64,000 bases of DNA from a virus (taxonomy: Duplodnaviria > Caudoviricetes). The DNA lies in IMG/VR virus record IMGVR_UViG_3300020576_007701; one strand, written 5' to 3'. The notes beneath the pieces were generated by a model that saw only the letters and a list, made by a program, of their open reading frames with translations, was not told where the DNA came from and ran no database searches. The position numbers and the translations under genes are program-made. Of the stretch, positions 39,874 through 50,720 are shown one piece after another (within the stretch, counting starts at the first letter, position 1; every line of letters starts with the position of its first letter).

Positions 39874-41285
39874 AAGGGCCTAATAACTCTAAAATTAATT
39901 ACATCTTGTAAAAGTCTAGATGTGCCCAATTCTTTAACCTTAAATTGTATTTGATAGGTTTGGTTGTGTAACAACCAACTTGTATCTAGCACAAAATATA
40001 CAGACGTATTTTTGTTAATTATAGCCTGGTTCATACTTGACCATGGAATTACTTCCTCTTGGTTGTTCATCACCATTCTATACTGAATATCATATTTTGT
40101 CTTAGGATAATTTGTTGTATAATTTACTCTTAAATCGCAATATACTCTAGTTACTTCCCCTATATTTAAAATAGAGTCGTTTTCTATGCCATATACACTT
40201 AAGTTATAAGAATTAACTTGAGGCGCATTTGTAAAATAATAATTATCTTGTATTGTAAAAAACTGAGTATAATCTTGAACATCATATCCAGGGTTATATG
40301 TAAAGGCTGATCATACGTCCTTATACTGAGTTCCCTTTGTAGCTGCACTCATAAATACGTCAACATAATAAACACCTTTTTCCAATTGTGTTGGAACTAA
40401 TCCAGTTTGAACATCATTACCAGCATATGTTTTTATAGATACTGTAGATGCCGAAAAATAATTTGCTGCCGAATTGCCGCTATAAGTGTATAGAAACAAT
40501 CTACACGCTCTATTGTTTGTTACATCATTTCTATCGTCAATAAAATTTTGGTTAGCTACTACTTCTATAAATGGCTTAAACGCTGTATTTGTGTGCATTG
40601 TAAAAAAAGAAGCTATATACCTTGTGTCTGTGCTTAATAATTCATAATCTCTCCTGTATGCTAAACCTAATCTTCCCTCAGTAGCCCCACTCGCTAGCCA
40701 TTGATTTACCATTGTGGTAATATCCATTTCTATATCTTCGTCCCCAATGTCAAAATGCTGAGTTGCATAAGAAGTTGTTGACGCTGTTGGGTCTAAATAC
40801 ACTCCAGGTTGATCCCAAGTTGTAGTTGAATTTGAAAAATTCCAATTCGAATATCCACTAACTATTGGGCTACCCTTCTGTTTTACAAGATAATGTTCTT
40901 TTAAAATGTCGTATCCACGACCCTCATCAAAATCTTTATTTACTGGAAAACATACAAGGTCATAAGAGGCAGCTATTGATTTTTCAAGTGTTTCAAACTC
41001 ATATTCTGCCTCAAGTACTCTATTTCTTGGAATAGAATTTTTCATTTTAAGCTTATAAGAAACAACGCTACCAGACATAATTTCTTTTGAGTTTATTTTA
41101 GATAATAAATCTACAAGGTTGAAACTGGCAATATATCTACTATAAGAGTTTCTTCTGGCTAAAGCTGTATCGGTTCCACCGCCACCATACCATAGGTCTG
41201 CAACAGCGTTTTGACCACTATTATATCCAGCATATAAGCCACTTGCAATTGTGTTGTTCTTATTTGCGTAAATTCTTAAAATCAT
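39870..41285 (-). CDS. Virion structural protein (471 codons) interrupted by one in-frame TGA at 40311-40313
   Basis: Track ORFs 40311..41285 and 39870..40076 are in the same frame; the 78 codons between them are open (KDV*SAFTYNPGYDVQDY...YRMVMNN). TATTTATA upstream (41300-41307, minus). Confidence 0.75.
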
Positions 41286-41385
41286 GCCCTTTTTTTTATT
41301 ATAAATAGAGAGTTATATTGTTTTTTGACCAAAAAGCCTTATGTCTTTGTTTTTTTTGTAAACATATTTATATTAAATAATAAAA

Positions 41386-41772
41386 ATGGCTATAAGCATA
41401 AAATTTCCATTCCAAGAAGGCACTGAAGGTGGCATATTTAGATACAACATTACCACACCTGAAAAGGTGAGGACTAATCTTGTTTCGCTTCTCACAACAA
41501 AAAGAAAGCAAAGGCCAATGAATAATGATTTGTATTCCCCATTATATGATGTCATTTTTGAACCCTGGGACGAAATAACATCTGACAGATTACAAAATGA
41601 TTTGCAAAACAAAATAAACAAGTACATACCAGAAATTTCCATAGAAGATATAGTGTTCACTTTTGACGAATATACCCTAGTGTTAAACACAAAAATAATA
41701 TACTCAATTTTTGAATTATCTGATGCCCAAGATTTTGTAGAAATAGATATTCAAACTCAACCAACTAACTAA
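41386..41772 (+). CDS. Baseplate wedge protein, gp25-like
   Basis: SIKFPF, VRTNLVSLLTTKRKQRPM..LYDVIFEP, KYIPEI. Confidence 0.8.
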   Translation: MAISIKFPFQEGTEGGIFRYNITTPEKVRTNLVSLLTTKRKQRPMNNDLYSPLYDVIFEPWDEITSDRLQNDLQNKINKYIPEISIEDIVFTFDEYTLVLNTKIIYSIFELSDAQDFVEIDIQTQPTN

Positions 41773-41783
41773 AAAAAACAACA

Positions 41784-43634
41784 ATGGCTACTCCACAAGT
41801 AAATTATTTAAGTAGAGATTATTCTTCAATAAGAGAAGATCTTATAAATTATTTAAAAGCATTTTTCCCAGATCAATGGCAAGATTTTAATGTTGCCTCT
41901 CCTGGAATGGCGTTATTAGAATTAAATGCCTATGTTGGAGATATACTTTCTTATGTGGCAGATAAAAAATTTAATGAACTTTTTATTGATGGAGTTATTG
42001 AAAGAAAATCTGCTTATAGATTAGCTAAAACTTTAGGTTATAGCATACCAGGAGTAAGGCCAGCTTTAACATTAGCTCAAATTACAATTGAAGTACCTGT
42101 AACAGCTAACGGTCCAGATCCTGATTATTTACCTTTATACAGACCAGGTGTCCAAATAAAGGGTGCTGGGCAAGTATTTGAAACAGTTTCAGAAGTAGAT
42201 TTTTCAAGAGATTTTAGCGAAACTGGAGATCCAAATAGAATTATACAACCTATTCTTAACGGAAATCAAGATTTAATAAGATATCGTATTATTAAACAAG
42301 AAAAAATAAAAGCAGGCGTTACAAAAATTTTTAAAAAGGAAGTAACAGCAGATGATGCTAAACCCTTTTTTCAAATTACTCTTCCAGAAAATAATGTTTT
42401 AGAAATTGTAAGTCTTATAATAATGCCATCTCTTGGAATAAACACAAATCCAACTTATGAAGATTTTAATGACTTTAGTTTAAAGTTTTGGGAAGTAGAA
42501 TATTTACCAGAAAATTTTTTATTTGTTGAAGACGGTACAGTGACCGCAAGTGATTCTTATAAAAGAGGAACCTATATGGAAGTGGAAAAAAGATTTATAA
42601 AAGAATTTTTAACCGATGGTACATGTAAAATAACCCTTGGTGGCGGAACTTCAGATTACAATGCATACTCAGATTATCTAGATGCTTTGTCAGGTGAAAA
42701 ATGTCCACCAAACGAGTTAAGTGTTTCAACGGTTTTAAATAACAACGCTCTTGGTGTTATGGTTCCACCAAACTCAACAGTGTTTATAAAATATAGAGTT
42801 GGTGGAGGTTCTTTGAGCAACGTCGGATCAAACACACTTCAGGAAGTTGGAAATATAGATGCAATTATAACTGGCGCTGACCCAGTTGCAAATCAACGTG
42901 TGATTTCTTCTACCAGAGTTAATAATCCAGTACCTGCTATAGGTGGAGTTGGTCTTCCAAGTGTAGAAGAAATTAAATATAATATTGCAGCAAATTTTGC
43001 AAGTCAAAAAAGGTGTGTAACTCTTGAAGATTACATATCTAGATCTTATCAAATGCCTGGAAAATTCGGAGCTCCTTTTAAGGTTCACGGACAAATTGAA
43101 GACAATAAAGTAAAGCTTTATATTTTAACAAAGAGTTCTGATGGCACACTTATATCAAATTCTACTTCTGATATAAAAAATAATTTAGCTCAATTTTTAA
43201 TGCCATATAGAATGATTAATGATTATGTGGAAATTAATGATGGCAAAGTTGTCAATCTGCAAGTTGAAGTAGATCTTTATGTGAATAAAGATTTTAATGT
43301 GAACGAAATAAAAGCCAACTGTATTGCTATGGTTGCAGACTTCATGGACATTAACAAATGGGAAATGAATCAAAATATTTATATTTCACAAATCACTGAT
43401 ATATTAAGAGAGGTGCCAGGTGTTATAAACGTTGTTGATATTAGATTTTTTAACATGGAAAGTGGCGGATATTCTTCCACTCTTTGCTCACAGGCTACTG
43501 GAAATAGAACCATTACAAATGCGGGTGGTTTTAGAACACAAATAGAGTACATTGATAACTCTATATTCGGTTCTCCATTAGCTATGTGGGAAATAAAAAA
43601 TACCTCATCCGATATAAGATGTAGGGTTGCGTAA
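41784..43634 (+). CDS. Baseplate wedge protein, gp6/baseplate J-like
   Basis: YLSRDYSSIR, LLELNAYVGDILSY, YRVGGG, PAIGG, QKRCVTLEDY. Confidence 0.88.
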   Translation: MATPQVNYLSRDYSSIREDLINYLKAFFPDQWQDFNVASPGMALLELNAYVGDILSYVADKKFNELFIDGVIERKSAYRLAKTLGYSIPGVRPALTLAQITIEVPVTANGPDPDYLPLYRPGVQIKGAGQVFETVSEVDFSRDFSETGDPNRIIQPILNGNQDLIRYRIIKQEKIKAGVTKIFKKEVTADDAKPFFQITLPENNVLEIVSLIIMPSLGINTNPTYEDFNDFSLKFWEVEYLPENFLFVEDGTVTASDSYKRGTYMEVEKRFIKEFLTDGTCKITLGGGTSDYNAYSDYLDALSGEKCPPNELSVSTVLNNNALGVMVPPNSTVFIKYRVGGGSLSNVGSNTLQEVGNIDAIITGADPVANQRVISSTRVNNPVPAIGGVGLPSVEEIKYNIAANFASQKRCVTLEDYISRSYQMPGKFGAPFKVHGQIEDNKVKLYILTKSSDGTLISNSTSDIKNNLAQFLMPYRMINDYVEINDGKVVNLQVEVDLYVNKDFNVNEIKANCIAMVADFMDINKWEMNQNIYISQITDILREVPGVINVVDIRFFNMESGGYSSTLCSQATGNRTITNAGGFRTQIEYIDNSIFGSPLAMWEIKNTSSDIRCRVA

Positions 43635-43642
43635 ATTTAAAT

Positions 43643-46600
43643 ATGACTACAGAAGAAATTTTATATAAAACATCTAGGACTGGAACAACAGTATTTTATT
43701 TTGTTCCAAATATTAGCGAAGGTCAAATTCCAGATTTGGTTGATTTAACTTGGGTTACATTAAATGGAAATGGCGCACCATTGGAATACGGATATTTTAA
43801 AGATTCTAACGAAATTTGGATAAATAAATTAGTTAATTCTTATTATATAAACTCCCAATTAAGCGCCACATCTACTATACACATAACTGGTTATAGTAAG
43901 GTAGAAATATTTAATACAAAAATAGAAGACAATCAAAAAGCAAACATTAAAAGTAAATTTACCAATGGTGTTTCAGAAGTTTATAAAAACGAAATAATAC
44001 AATTTAACAATAATGCCTCAGAAGATCTAAAATCTTCTTTGTTAGACCCATTAGCCACATCAAGTCAAATACGCTCTTCTTCTGAATTTATCACCCAACA
44101 GAATAGTAATTCTACTTCTATTTTATTAACACCAATAGTTATCTTTAATAATGCGTTGATAGACGATATGTTTGCAAACATAAAATTATCTAGAACTTTT
44201 GAAACTCTAGATACTTTAAAAGTTTATAATAAAACAATAAACAGCATACCATCTCAAGAATCTTCCACTGGTATTCTTTATGGAAAATTAGAGGCTAAAC
44301 AATTAATAAAAGATTCAAAAGGCAACAACATCAAGATTCCGCTAAGAAATGTTCCAATTGGAATTTTTAACCCAGATGATGAATTCCCGACACCTTCTTC
44401 TATAAATGACGATGGAGATAGAATGTTTCTTAATATAAAAGAAAATGCTAAAAATGATTTATATTTCGATTCTATTGCTTATGAACTTGATCAAAATTTT
44501 TTAAGGTCTGCTTCACAATTTAATACTGTTCCATCTAAATTTAAGCACATAACAATAACAAATGATAATGGCGAATTTTTTATTTATGATGCTCCAATAG
44601 GAAATAAAATTTTAGTTTTTGAAGTAGATTTATTTAAGCAAGGTTTAACTTATGATGAAATTGTTTTAAATAATTTTCCATTTCCAATAAACGAGGGTAT
44701 ATCCAACGGACAACTACCTTGTTATTATTATAATCAAGTGCCAGTAGATATTGTTTCAACATGGGGAACCAACCAAACTGGTTATACAGAATTAGATGTA
44801 TCTGTTAATTTAGATTTAAGAAAATGGACCACATACATATTTGCACCTGGAGCATTTGGAAAAGAAAAATTAGAAATAACAACAGCTAAGAATGCGGCAA
44901 ATACATTAAAAATCGAAGTTAGAGATATGACCCTTGAAGGGTTTCCGACAAAATCTGTAACAGTTGCACAAATAGCTGATGATTTAGATAGAAAACCAAA
45001 CTCTAGATATAATTGGACAAACGAATTCACTGATCAAAAAAGCAAGTTGCAATATGATCAATTTGGGTGTCATGTTTTAAAATTGCCAGCTAATTTATAT
45101 GACCCAAATGGTTACAGAACAGATCTTGATGGCGTTCCAACAAATCAAAAAGGTGTGTGGTTAACAGCATATCAATTTAAAACTTATATAAATGAAGTTA
45201 TTTGTTATAGAACAACTGGTGGTTTTTTAAATCCTGGAAACAACTTTTTTTATAGTCATTTTGACTTAAACTACACTGGTTCAATTACTGGTAATGGTAC
45301 TGCGCCAATTTTTGGTTTGGGCCTTGGAACATCCATTTATAGTAAACCTTGGTCTATATCTTTTCCAGAACCATATAAAATAACAAAAAAACCAATTGCG
45401 CAAAGATATTTTGGAGGCGATCAGAGAACAATAAAATCACCTTATATAGTTGAAGAGCCTTGGTATAGCGATGGAGATCTTGTTGGTGTTATGGTAGACC
45501 CAGCTAGTGGTAATTCTGCTAACGCTGGTGGATTCGGCCTTCAAAACTCTGTAACATTTGGCAATTATGTAATTAATAGAATAGGTCAAGTTGCAACAAA
45601 AAATTATATGTATAAATATGAAAAAGAGGTTGCTTGGAACGAAACTTACGCAAACGGTTTTCAACCTTTTTGGACTCAAGCAAGAAAAGGACCCTATGAT
45701 TCTACAACACCAAATGATCCTAAAATGTTGTTGGCTGGAATGTCATCTGTAAACAATGGAGAAAAATACCAAAGATTAGAATGTGGTTATGGGTATTTTA
45801 TGAAATATCGTGAATGGCCTAGAGTTTTTAAAATAGAGTGGGGAGCTGATTTTTATTATATGCCAGATACAATGTGGGCTGATGGTCCAACTGGAAATAA
45901 AGGTGCTCTTGATGGCCCAGAAGATAATCCAGGCCCAGGATACACATTGCCTCAAACTTATAACAATAATGGCTTTTCATCGTATCAACCATGGATAAAC
46001 CAAATTTATAATTTAGAAAATAAAAATATTGTTTTTGCTTTTAACAATAAAACAGTTAGAAGAAACACTATTGATATTTATAGAATAGTAAAATCTGGAA
46101 CTGACAATATTAGTATCCCTCAAAATTTTGTTATATTAACTGCGACGAGAATAGATTTTGGACATGTTAATCGTGCGTATTCAGTTAAAATAACTAACGC
46201 TGGAGAAATTGACTCTGTTATGATTAACAGATTTAATGATAGAATTTGGATTGAAGGTGGCGGTATATCTGCAAGATATATATCTCCAGGTGATTCTTTT
46301 ACATTAAAACCAAACTCATATATTGTTATTGATGAAACAACTAGAGAGGGCTTTAAGCAAGATGTAAACTATTGTTTAGATTACACGGTTATAACTTTTC
46401 CTGGAAACGCTTCATTTAATGTAGAAACAAACAAATATGAAAAAGCTAATTATAATTTTAGACTTCTTGTAAATGGTAAGGTGGAAAAAGATAGTAAAAG
46501 ATTTAATGACGCTGGTGAGGCGTTAACATTTACAAATTATCCCCCTCAACTTAGTTTAGTAGCAAAGATAGCGCCAGATACACATGCGTTTTATTCTAGA

Positions 46601-46693
46601 CAATACGTTGACGACAAGGAGAGTCAAGGTATAAATGTTGACGGTCAAGCTAAGAAAAATGATAACAGAATTTATAGTATGATTCTTACTTAA
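43643..46693 (+). CDS. Large baseplate/tail-associated structural protein
   Basis: 1016 aa directly after gp6; TNDNGEFFIYDAPIG carboxypeptidase-regulatory-like segment. Confidence 0.6.
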   Translation: MTTEEILYKTSRTGTTVFYFVPNISEGQIPDLVDLTWVTLNGNGAPLEYGYFKDSNEIWINKLVNSYYINSQLSATSTIHITGYSKVEIFNTKIEDNQKANIKSKFTNGVSEVYKNEIIQFNNNASEDLKSSLLDPLATSSQIRSSSEFITQQNSNSTSILLTPIVIFNNALIDDMFANIKLSRTFETLDTLKVYNKTINSIPSQESSTGILYGKLEAKQLIKDSKGNNIKIPLRNVPIGIFNPDDEFPTPSSINDDGDRMFLNIKENAKNDLYFDSIAYELDQNFLRSASQFNTVPSKFKHITITNDNGEFFIYDAPIGNKILVFEVDLFKQGLTYDEIVLNNFPFPINEGISNGQLPCYYYNQVPVDIVSTWGTNQTGYTELDVSVNLDLRKWTTYIFAPGAFGKEKLEITTAKNAANTLKIEVRDMTLEGFPTKSVTVAQIADDLDRKPNSRYNWTNEFTDQKSKLQYDQFGCHVLKLPANLYDPNGYRTDLDGVPTNQKGVWLTAYQFKTYINEVICYRTTGGFLNPGNNFFYSHFDLNYTGSITGNGTAPIFGLGLGTSIYSKPWSISFPEPYKITKKPIAQRYFGGDQRTIKSPYIVEEPWYSDGDLVGVMVDPASGNSANAGGFGLQNSVTFGNYVINRIGQVATKNYMYKYEKEVAWNETYANGFQPFWTQARKGPYDSTTPNDPKMLLAGMSSVNNGEKYQRLECGYGYFMKYREWPRVFKIEWGADFYYMPDTMWADGPTGNKGALDGPEDNPGPGYTLPQTYNNNGFSSYQPWINQIYNLENKNIVFAFNNKTVRRNTIDIYRIVKSGTDNISIPQNFVILTATRIDFGHVNRAYSVKITNAGEIDSVMINRFNDRIWIEGGGISARYISPGDSFTLKPNSYIVIDETTREGFKQDVNYCLDYTVITFPGNASFNVETNKYEKANYNFRLLVNGKVEKDSKRFNDAGEALTFTNYPPQLSLVAKIAPDTHAFYSRQYVDDKESQGINVDGQAKKNDNRIYSMILT

Positions 46694-46698
46694 AAAAA

Positions 46699-47289
46699 AT
46701 GGACGATAAAAAGAAAATACTTTTAGGTGATTATGATATAATCTCAAAAGACAATGAAGACTTGTTTTTAAATGTAGAATTGCAACGTACCTTTTCTGAA
46801 GTAAAGCAAGAAAGGCACGATATAGTTTTTGATGTTTATAAACAATGGACAAAAGAAAGAAATAATTCTAGAGATTTTAGAATATATGGAATTATTGATT
46901 CTAATGTTGTTAATACTAATAATACAACTCTTGTTATATATTATGATAAGGATATTGAAGAGAGTAATTTTAAAGAAATACAAACTACAAGCCTAGTATA
47001 TGGCGGCTATAATGTGTATGGTTTTAAGAAGGGAAAATTTTTATTAGAATTACAAGATTACCCATATGATTTTGTACACATTAAGTTTTTAGGAGATGGC
47101 GTTAATACAAACGATCAGTTTTTTACTCAACAACTTGTTTTTAGAGATGCCGAGCAAAGTATAATAGATTATGGAACTCAATCTATTGAAATTGATGATA
47201 ATGGAAATACTGTTACTATCAATAACGATTTCTACTTCTTATACAATAAACACTGGATCAAAAAAGATTTAATTATCTCAAAGAAATAA
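46699..47289 (+). CDS. Hypothetical structural protein
   Basis: 196 aa, ERNNSRDFRIYG motif, tail-module context. Confidence 0.6.
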   Translation: MDDKKKILLGDYDIISKDNEDLFLNVELQRTFSEVKQERHDIVFDVYKQWTKERNNSRDFRIYGIIDSNVVNTNNTTLVIYYDKDIEESNFKEIQTTSLVYGGYNVYGFKKGKFLLELQDYPYDFVHIKFLGDGVNTNDQFFTQQLVFRDAEQSIIDYGTQSIEIDDNGNTVTINNDFYFLYNKHWIKKDLIISKK

Positions 47290-47308
47290 AAGAACAATAT
47301 TTATTATT

Positions 47309-47833
47309 ATGGAATATTCTCTTGAGAACATACAAAAGTTTAAAATTTTTGCAAGAACCACACCAACCGATGATGTTGGTGGTTACAAATTTGTACACGA
47401 GGGAAATGTTAGAACTGCACAGTCAACACCGCAATTTGATTTTTTTATTCCATTAATGTTAACGAGAACTGGCAGTTTAAGTGAATATGTTGAGATTTTT
47501 AGAGATACAAGTATTTATAAAATAGAACGTCAAGAAGTTAATCCATGGTTTTTAGAATTTAGTTTTTTCGATTCTATTAAATACAACAAGCCAACTGTTG
47601 GTTCTGGTCTTACTCAGGTAGTTATTGATTATATAAGAAGAGCAATGCCAGAAACAGAAAGCATGAACAATGATCAAGTTAGAGTGTGGTTTGATACAGT
47701 TGGTTATAACGATTTACCTTGGTACAAAGGCCAATCAAATGAAATAACAGCAGATTTTTTAGATAAACTATCTTTAAACAATGAAGATATAGTTTCAAAG
47801 GCTTTTTTTAGAAAAATAGATATAAATAAATAA
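47309..47833 (+). CDS. Hypothetical structural protein
   Basis: 174 aa; TATTTAT at 47298-47304. Confidence 0.6.
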   Translation: MEYSLENIQKFKIFARTTPTDDVGGYKFVHEGNVRTAQSTPQFDFFIPLMLTRTGSLSEYVEIFRDTSIYKIERQEVNPWFLEFSFFDSIKYNKPTVGSGLTQVVIDYIRRAMPETESMNNDQVRVWFDTVGYNDLPWYKGQSNEITADFLDKLSLNNEDIVSKAFFRKIDINK

Positions 47834-48981
47834 TGCAAACGTTTCAAATACTATTAAATAAGTCTTATACATCTACAACCATAAGTCAAGTTAGCCAACA
47901 ACTAACAAATGAATATTATATGTATCAGACAAATAATGGCGGTGGAATTGTTAATTTTTCTAATGTTAGAGGTTTTTTAAATGATTCTAAAAACCAACAA
48001 ATTATTAATGACTTTTTTGCTTATTTAACTGGAAGCACAACTAAAGAGCAAACTATAAACATAGTAAGTTCCGATGAAAAATTGTCGAATGTTTTTAATG
48101 ATTATTATCAAAGATTAACTAAATCTGCTAGTACAAGAGCCAATTCATCAAGAGCAGACGATTTTTCAAGTTTAACAAGTGCGTTATCCGTGGATTCATC
48201 AAGCTCTCAAGGTTTTTCTATTACAATATTAAACAACAATGAGGGCTCTAGCAGTCCATCATCAGAATCCAATTCTTCACCAGTTTCAAACTTTAATACA
48301 TCAAATGTGTCTTTGGGTTCTGAGGTATCTGCAACGTCAGCTGGTTCTAATACTTCTGTTTCTCCAACATCACAAGATTCAAGTGCTGCAGTGTCAGCAT
48401 CAGCATCTGCGGATGTATATGGAGGACTTTCAGATTCTATACCACAAATTCCAAAATATAGCATGACTGCTACAATAGCAAAAAATTTAGCTGGTGGTTT
48501 TGGCTCTATTGAAAAAGTATTTTATCATGATTGGGCTAGCGAAATTTTCCAAATTGGAAGACCAAACCCAAATTTAATACCAGCTATAGCGATTAAACAA
48601 GAATTAACAGGTATTACACTAAGTATAGCAGGCGGCACGCTCTCTACAAGAACTAAAAATATATGGGTTGACACAACTTCAGAAGAAAGTTATTACATAC
48701 CAGTTTATCTTCAAAGATCTACAAATCAAATTTCAAGAAATAGTTATTCTGCAGATTTAATTATACTTCCAAAAAGAACACTATCTTCTTACCCAGAATA
48801 CAGCGGAATTACAGAAGGTTTAACTACAACGCCAACATCTACAAGAATAAGCACCATATTAGATTCTTTTGTGGATTTAAATATAGAGACAGATGAGTCT
48901 AAATTTTACGCAATAACAATCGCCCCAATTGCTGTTGCCGCAACTACTGGTGGAAATACGGCACCAACTGGAACCGCTTAA
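47833..48981 (+). CDS. Ser/Thr-rich hypothetical structural protein
   Basis: 382 aa with central Ser-rich low-complexity segment. Confidence 0.6.
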   Translation: MQTFQILLNKSYTSTTISQVSQQLTNEYYMYQTNNGGGIVNFSNVRGFLNDSKNQQIINDFFAYLTGSTTKEQTINIVSSDEKLSNVFNDYYQRLTKSASTRANSSRADDFSSLTSALSVDSSSSQGFSITILNNNEGSSSPSSESNSSPVSNFNTSNVSLGSEVSATSAGSNTSVSPTSQDSSAAVSASASADVYGGLSDSIPQIPKYSMTATIAKNLAGGFGSIEKVFYHDWASEIFQIGRPNPNLIPAIAIKQELTGITLSIAGGTLSTRTKNIWVDTTSEESYYIPVYLQRSTNQISRNSYSADLIILPKRTLSSYPEYSGITEGLTTTPTSTRISTILDSFVDLNIETDESKFYAITIAPIAVAATTGGNTAPTGTA

Positions 48982-49066
48982 TTTTGTTTTTGTGCGATAA
49001 TTTACTATTATTAATAAAAAGTAATTATTTTTTCCTGTTATTTATAGATAAATTAATACAAAAAAC

Positions 49067-49942
49067 ATGGCTGTTGGAATTTATGGAAATCGCAAATTAT
49101 CAGACGTATCTGAATCAGATGTAGATATATTTTATGCTTATAGCCCAGATAGAAATACTTTGGGCGACACGCAATTTGTACCACTCTTTAATTCAGTAAC
49201 CACAAATGAATTTAGAAAAATGCTTGGGGCAGATGGCGGATATAAATTGAGATTGCCAGCTAGTACTTTTAATAAACTAGGTTTTTATACAGTTTTGATT
49301 AAACCAAAAGCTTTTGAAACGACAATATTAGATTGTAGTTTCATTGTCACAAACACAAACCAAGAATTACAAATTTCGAAGAAAGGAATTATAATACCAA
49401 AGCTACAATTTCAAAGCGCAGGAAGTCTTGTTGGATATCAAATTGAATACTTTAACACGAATGGTGAAAAAATAAGAAATTTTCATAGAATAGTTACTAG
49501 CAGCGATCTTGTTAGCATAAGCTCAAATAGTAACTCTTCTAGCCCAAGTTCCACATCTTATTTTTTAGATCCAAATGGTACACAATTATTTTTAACTTTG
49601 ACACCAGATGAAGTATCTTTAATTACAAATCAAACAAGTCCAGATCTTGGAATTAAAGGGCAAAAAATAATAATTTCAAATACCTTTTTTGACCCAGCCT
49701 TGTTAGAAGTTGAAATGGTTGATCAAACGATTAAGACACTTTCTTATGTTCTTTTGGGAAATGCTGTAAGAGATTTATCAAATGGAGTACTTTCAATATT
49801 TGATGACGCTGGAAATTTATATACACAATACAATCTTTTAACCAGAAAATCTACATTTAATAATGCTAATCTAGATATTAAAGAGAGACGTACAAACATA
49901 AATTTGAACGAGAATTATTTCAATACATCTCAAGGAATTTAA
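49067..49942 (+). CDS. Hypothetical structural protein
   Basis: MAVGIYG..., GYKLRLPA..FNKLGFYT; TATTTATA at 49039-49046. Confidence 0.65.
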   Translation: MAVGIYGNRKLSDVSESDVDIFYAYSPDRNTLGDTQFVPLFNSVTTNEFRKMLGADGGYKLRLPASTFNKLGFYTVLIKPKAFETTILDCSFIVTNTNQELQISKKGIIIPKLQFQSAGSLVGYQIEYFNTNGEKIRNFHRIVTSSDLVSISSNSNSSSPSSTSYFLDPNGTQLFLTLTPDEVSLITNQTSPDLGIKGQKIIISNTFFDPALLEVEMVDQTIKTLSYVLLGNAVRDLSNGVLSIFDDAGNLYTQYNLLTRKSTFNNANLDIKERRTNINLNENYFNTSQGI

Positions 49943-50316
49943 TATACTTTTCCTATAATGTACCAATTTTCACCAGTGCCAATAAAGGTTACTGATTCAC
50001 CTGGAAATAATACATACGGTGGAACAACGCCATCAATTTTCTTTCCGCCAGCTGTTATAACAGAAATTGTTGGTGTAGAATTATTGGCATTTTTCACAGT
50101 AATCATTCTTCCATTTGTTAATGTTGGCAATGTAATTGTTGATCCAGGATCTATACTAACAGCTAAAAAACCATCATTTAAATTAAAAGCATAAGCTCCA
50201 CCGACTACAGTTTTTAGAGCTATTCCATTAAAATTTGCTGTGCCAGAAAACGAATTATTCAAGGAAATGTTTCCTTGACGATAAGTAACTGCAGATAATA
50301 AAAGTTCGGTATTCAT
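49939..50316 (-). CDS. Small beta-rich tail-fibre-like protein (paralog B)
   Basis: TITLPT..GRMITVKN..IDG..L....VT......WYI. Confidence 0.6.
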   Translation of the reverse strand: MNTELLLSAVTYRQGNISLNNSFSGTANFNGIALKTVVGGAYAFNLNDGFLAVSIDPGSTITLPTLTNGRMITVKNANNSTPTISVITAGGKKIDGVVPPYVLFPGESVTFIGTGENWYIIGKVY

Positions 50317-50684
50317 TATATGTAAGCATTAGTTATATACCATTCAGCTCCACCATCACTTTGTAGTGTAACAGCCTGCAAAGGACTTAATGTAACACCA
50401 CTTCCAACACCATCTATTGATCCACTATCTGGAATTATATCCATAGTTCCAGCTCCATAATTTTTGCAAATTATTATTCTAAATTCCCCATTTGGAGCTG
50501 GTAAATATAAATTACCACCAGTTTGCACAATAAAAGTGTCGCCAGGCTGAATATAATATGTGCTTCCAGTAGATATAGTTTTTAACGCTATTGCGTTTAG
50601 ATTTGCCGTACCAGAAAAAGCGGCATTTATAGCAACTCTTCCTTGGTTGTAGGTGTATGCTGTTGATATTAATTCGCCATCCAT
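50316..50684 (-). CDS. Small beta-rich tail-fibre-like protein (paralog A)
   Basis: Shares EL.S..TY.QG...N..FSGTAN.N.IALKT with 49939..50316; TATTTATA upstream (50697-50704, minus). Confidence 0.6.
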   Translation of the reverse strand: MDGELISTAYTYNQGRVAINAAFSGTANLNAIALKTISTGSTYYIQPGDTFIVQTGGNLYLPAPNGEFRIIICKNYGAGTMDIIPDSGSIDGVGSGVTLSPLQAVTLQSDGGAEWYITNAYI

Positions 50685-50720
50685 TTTTGTTTTTTTTATA
50701 AATATGAATAAAATAATAAA

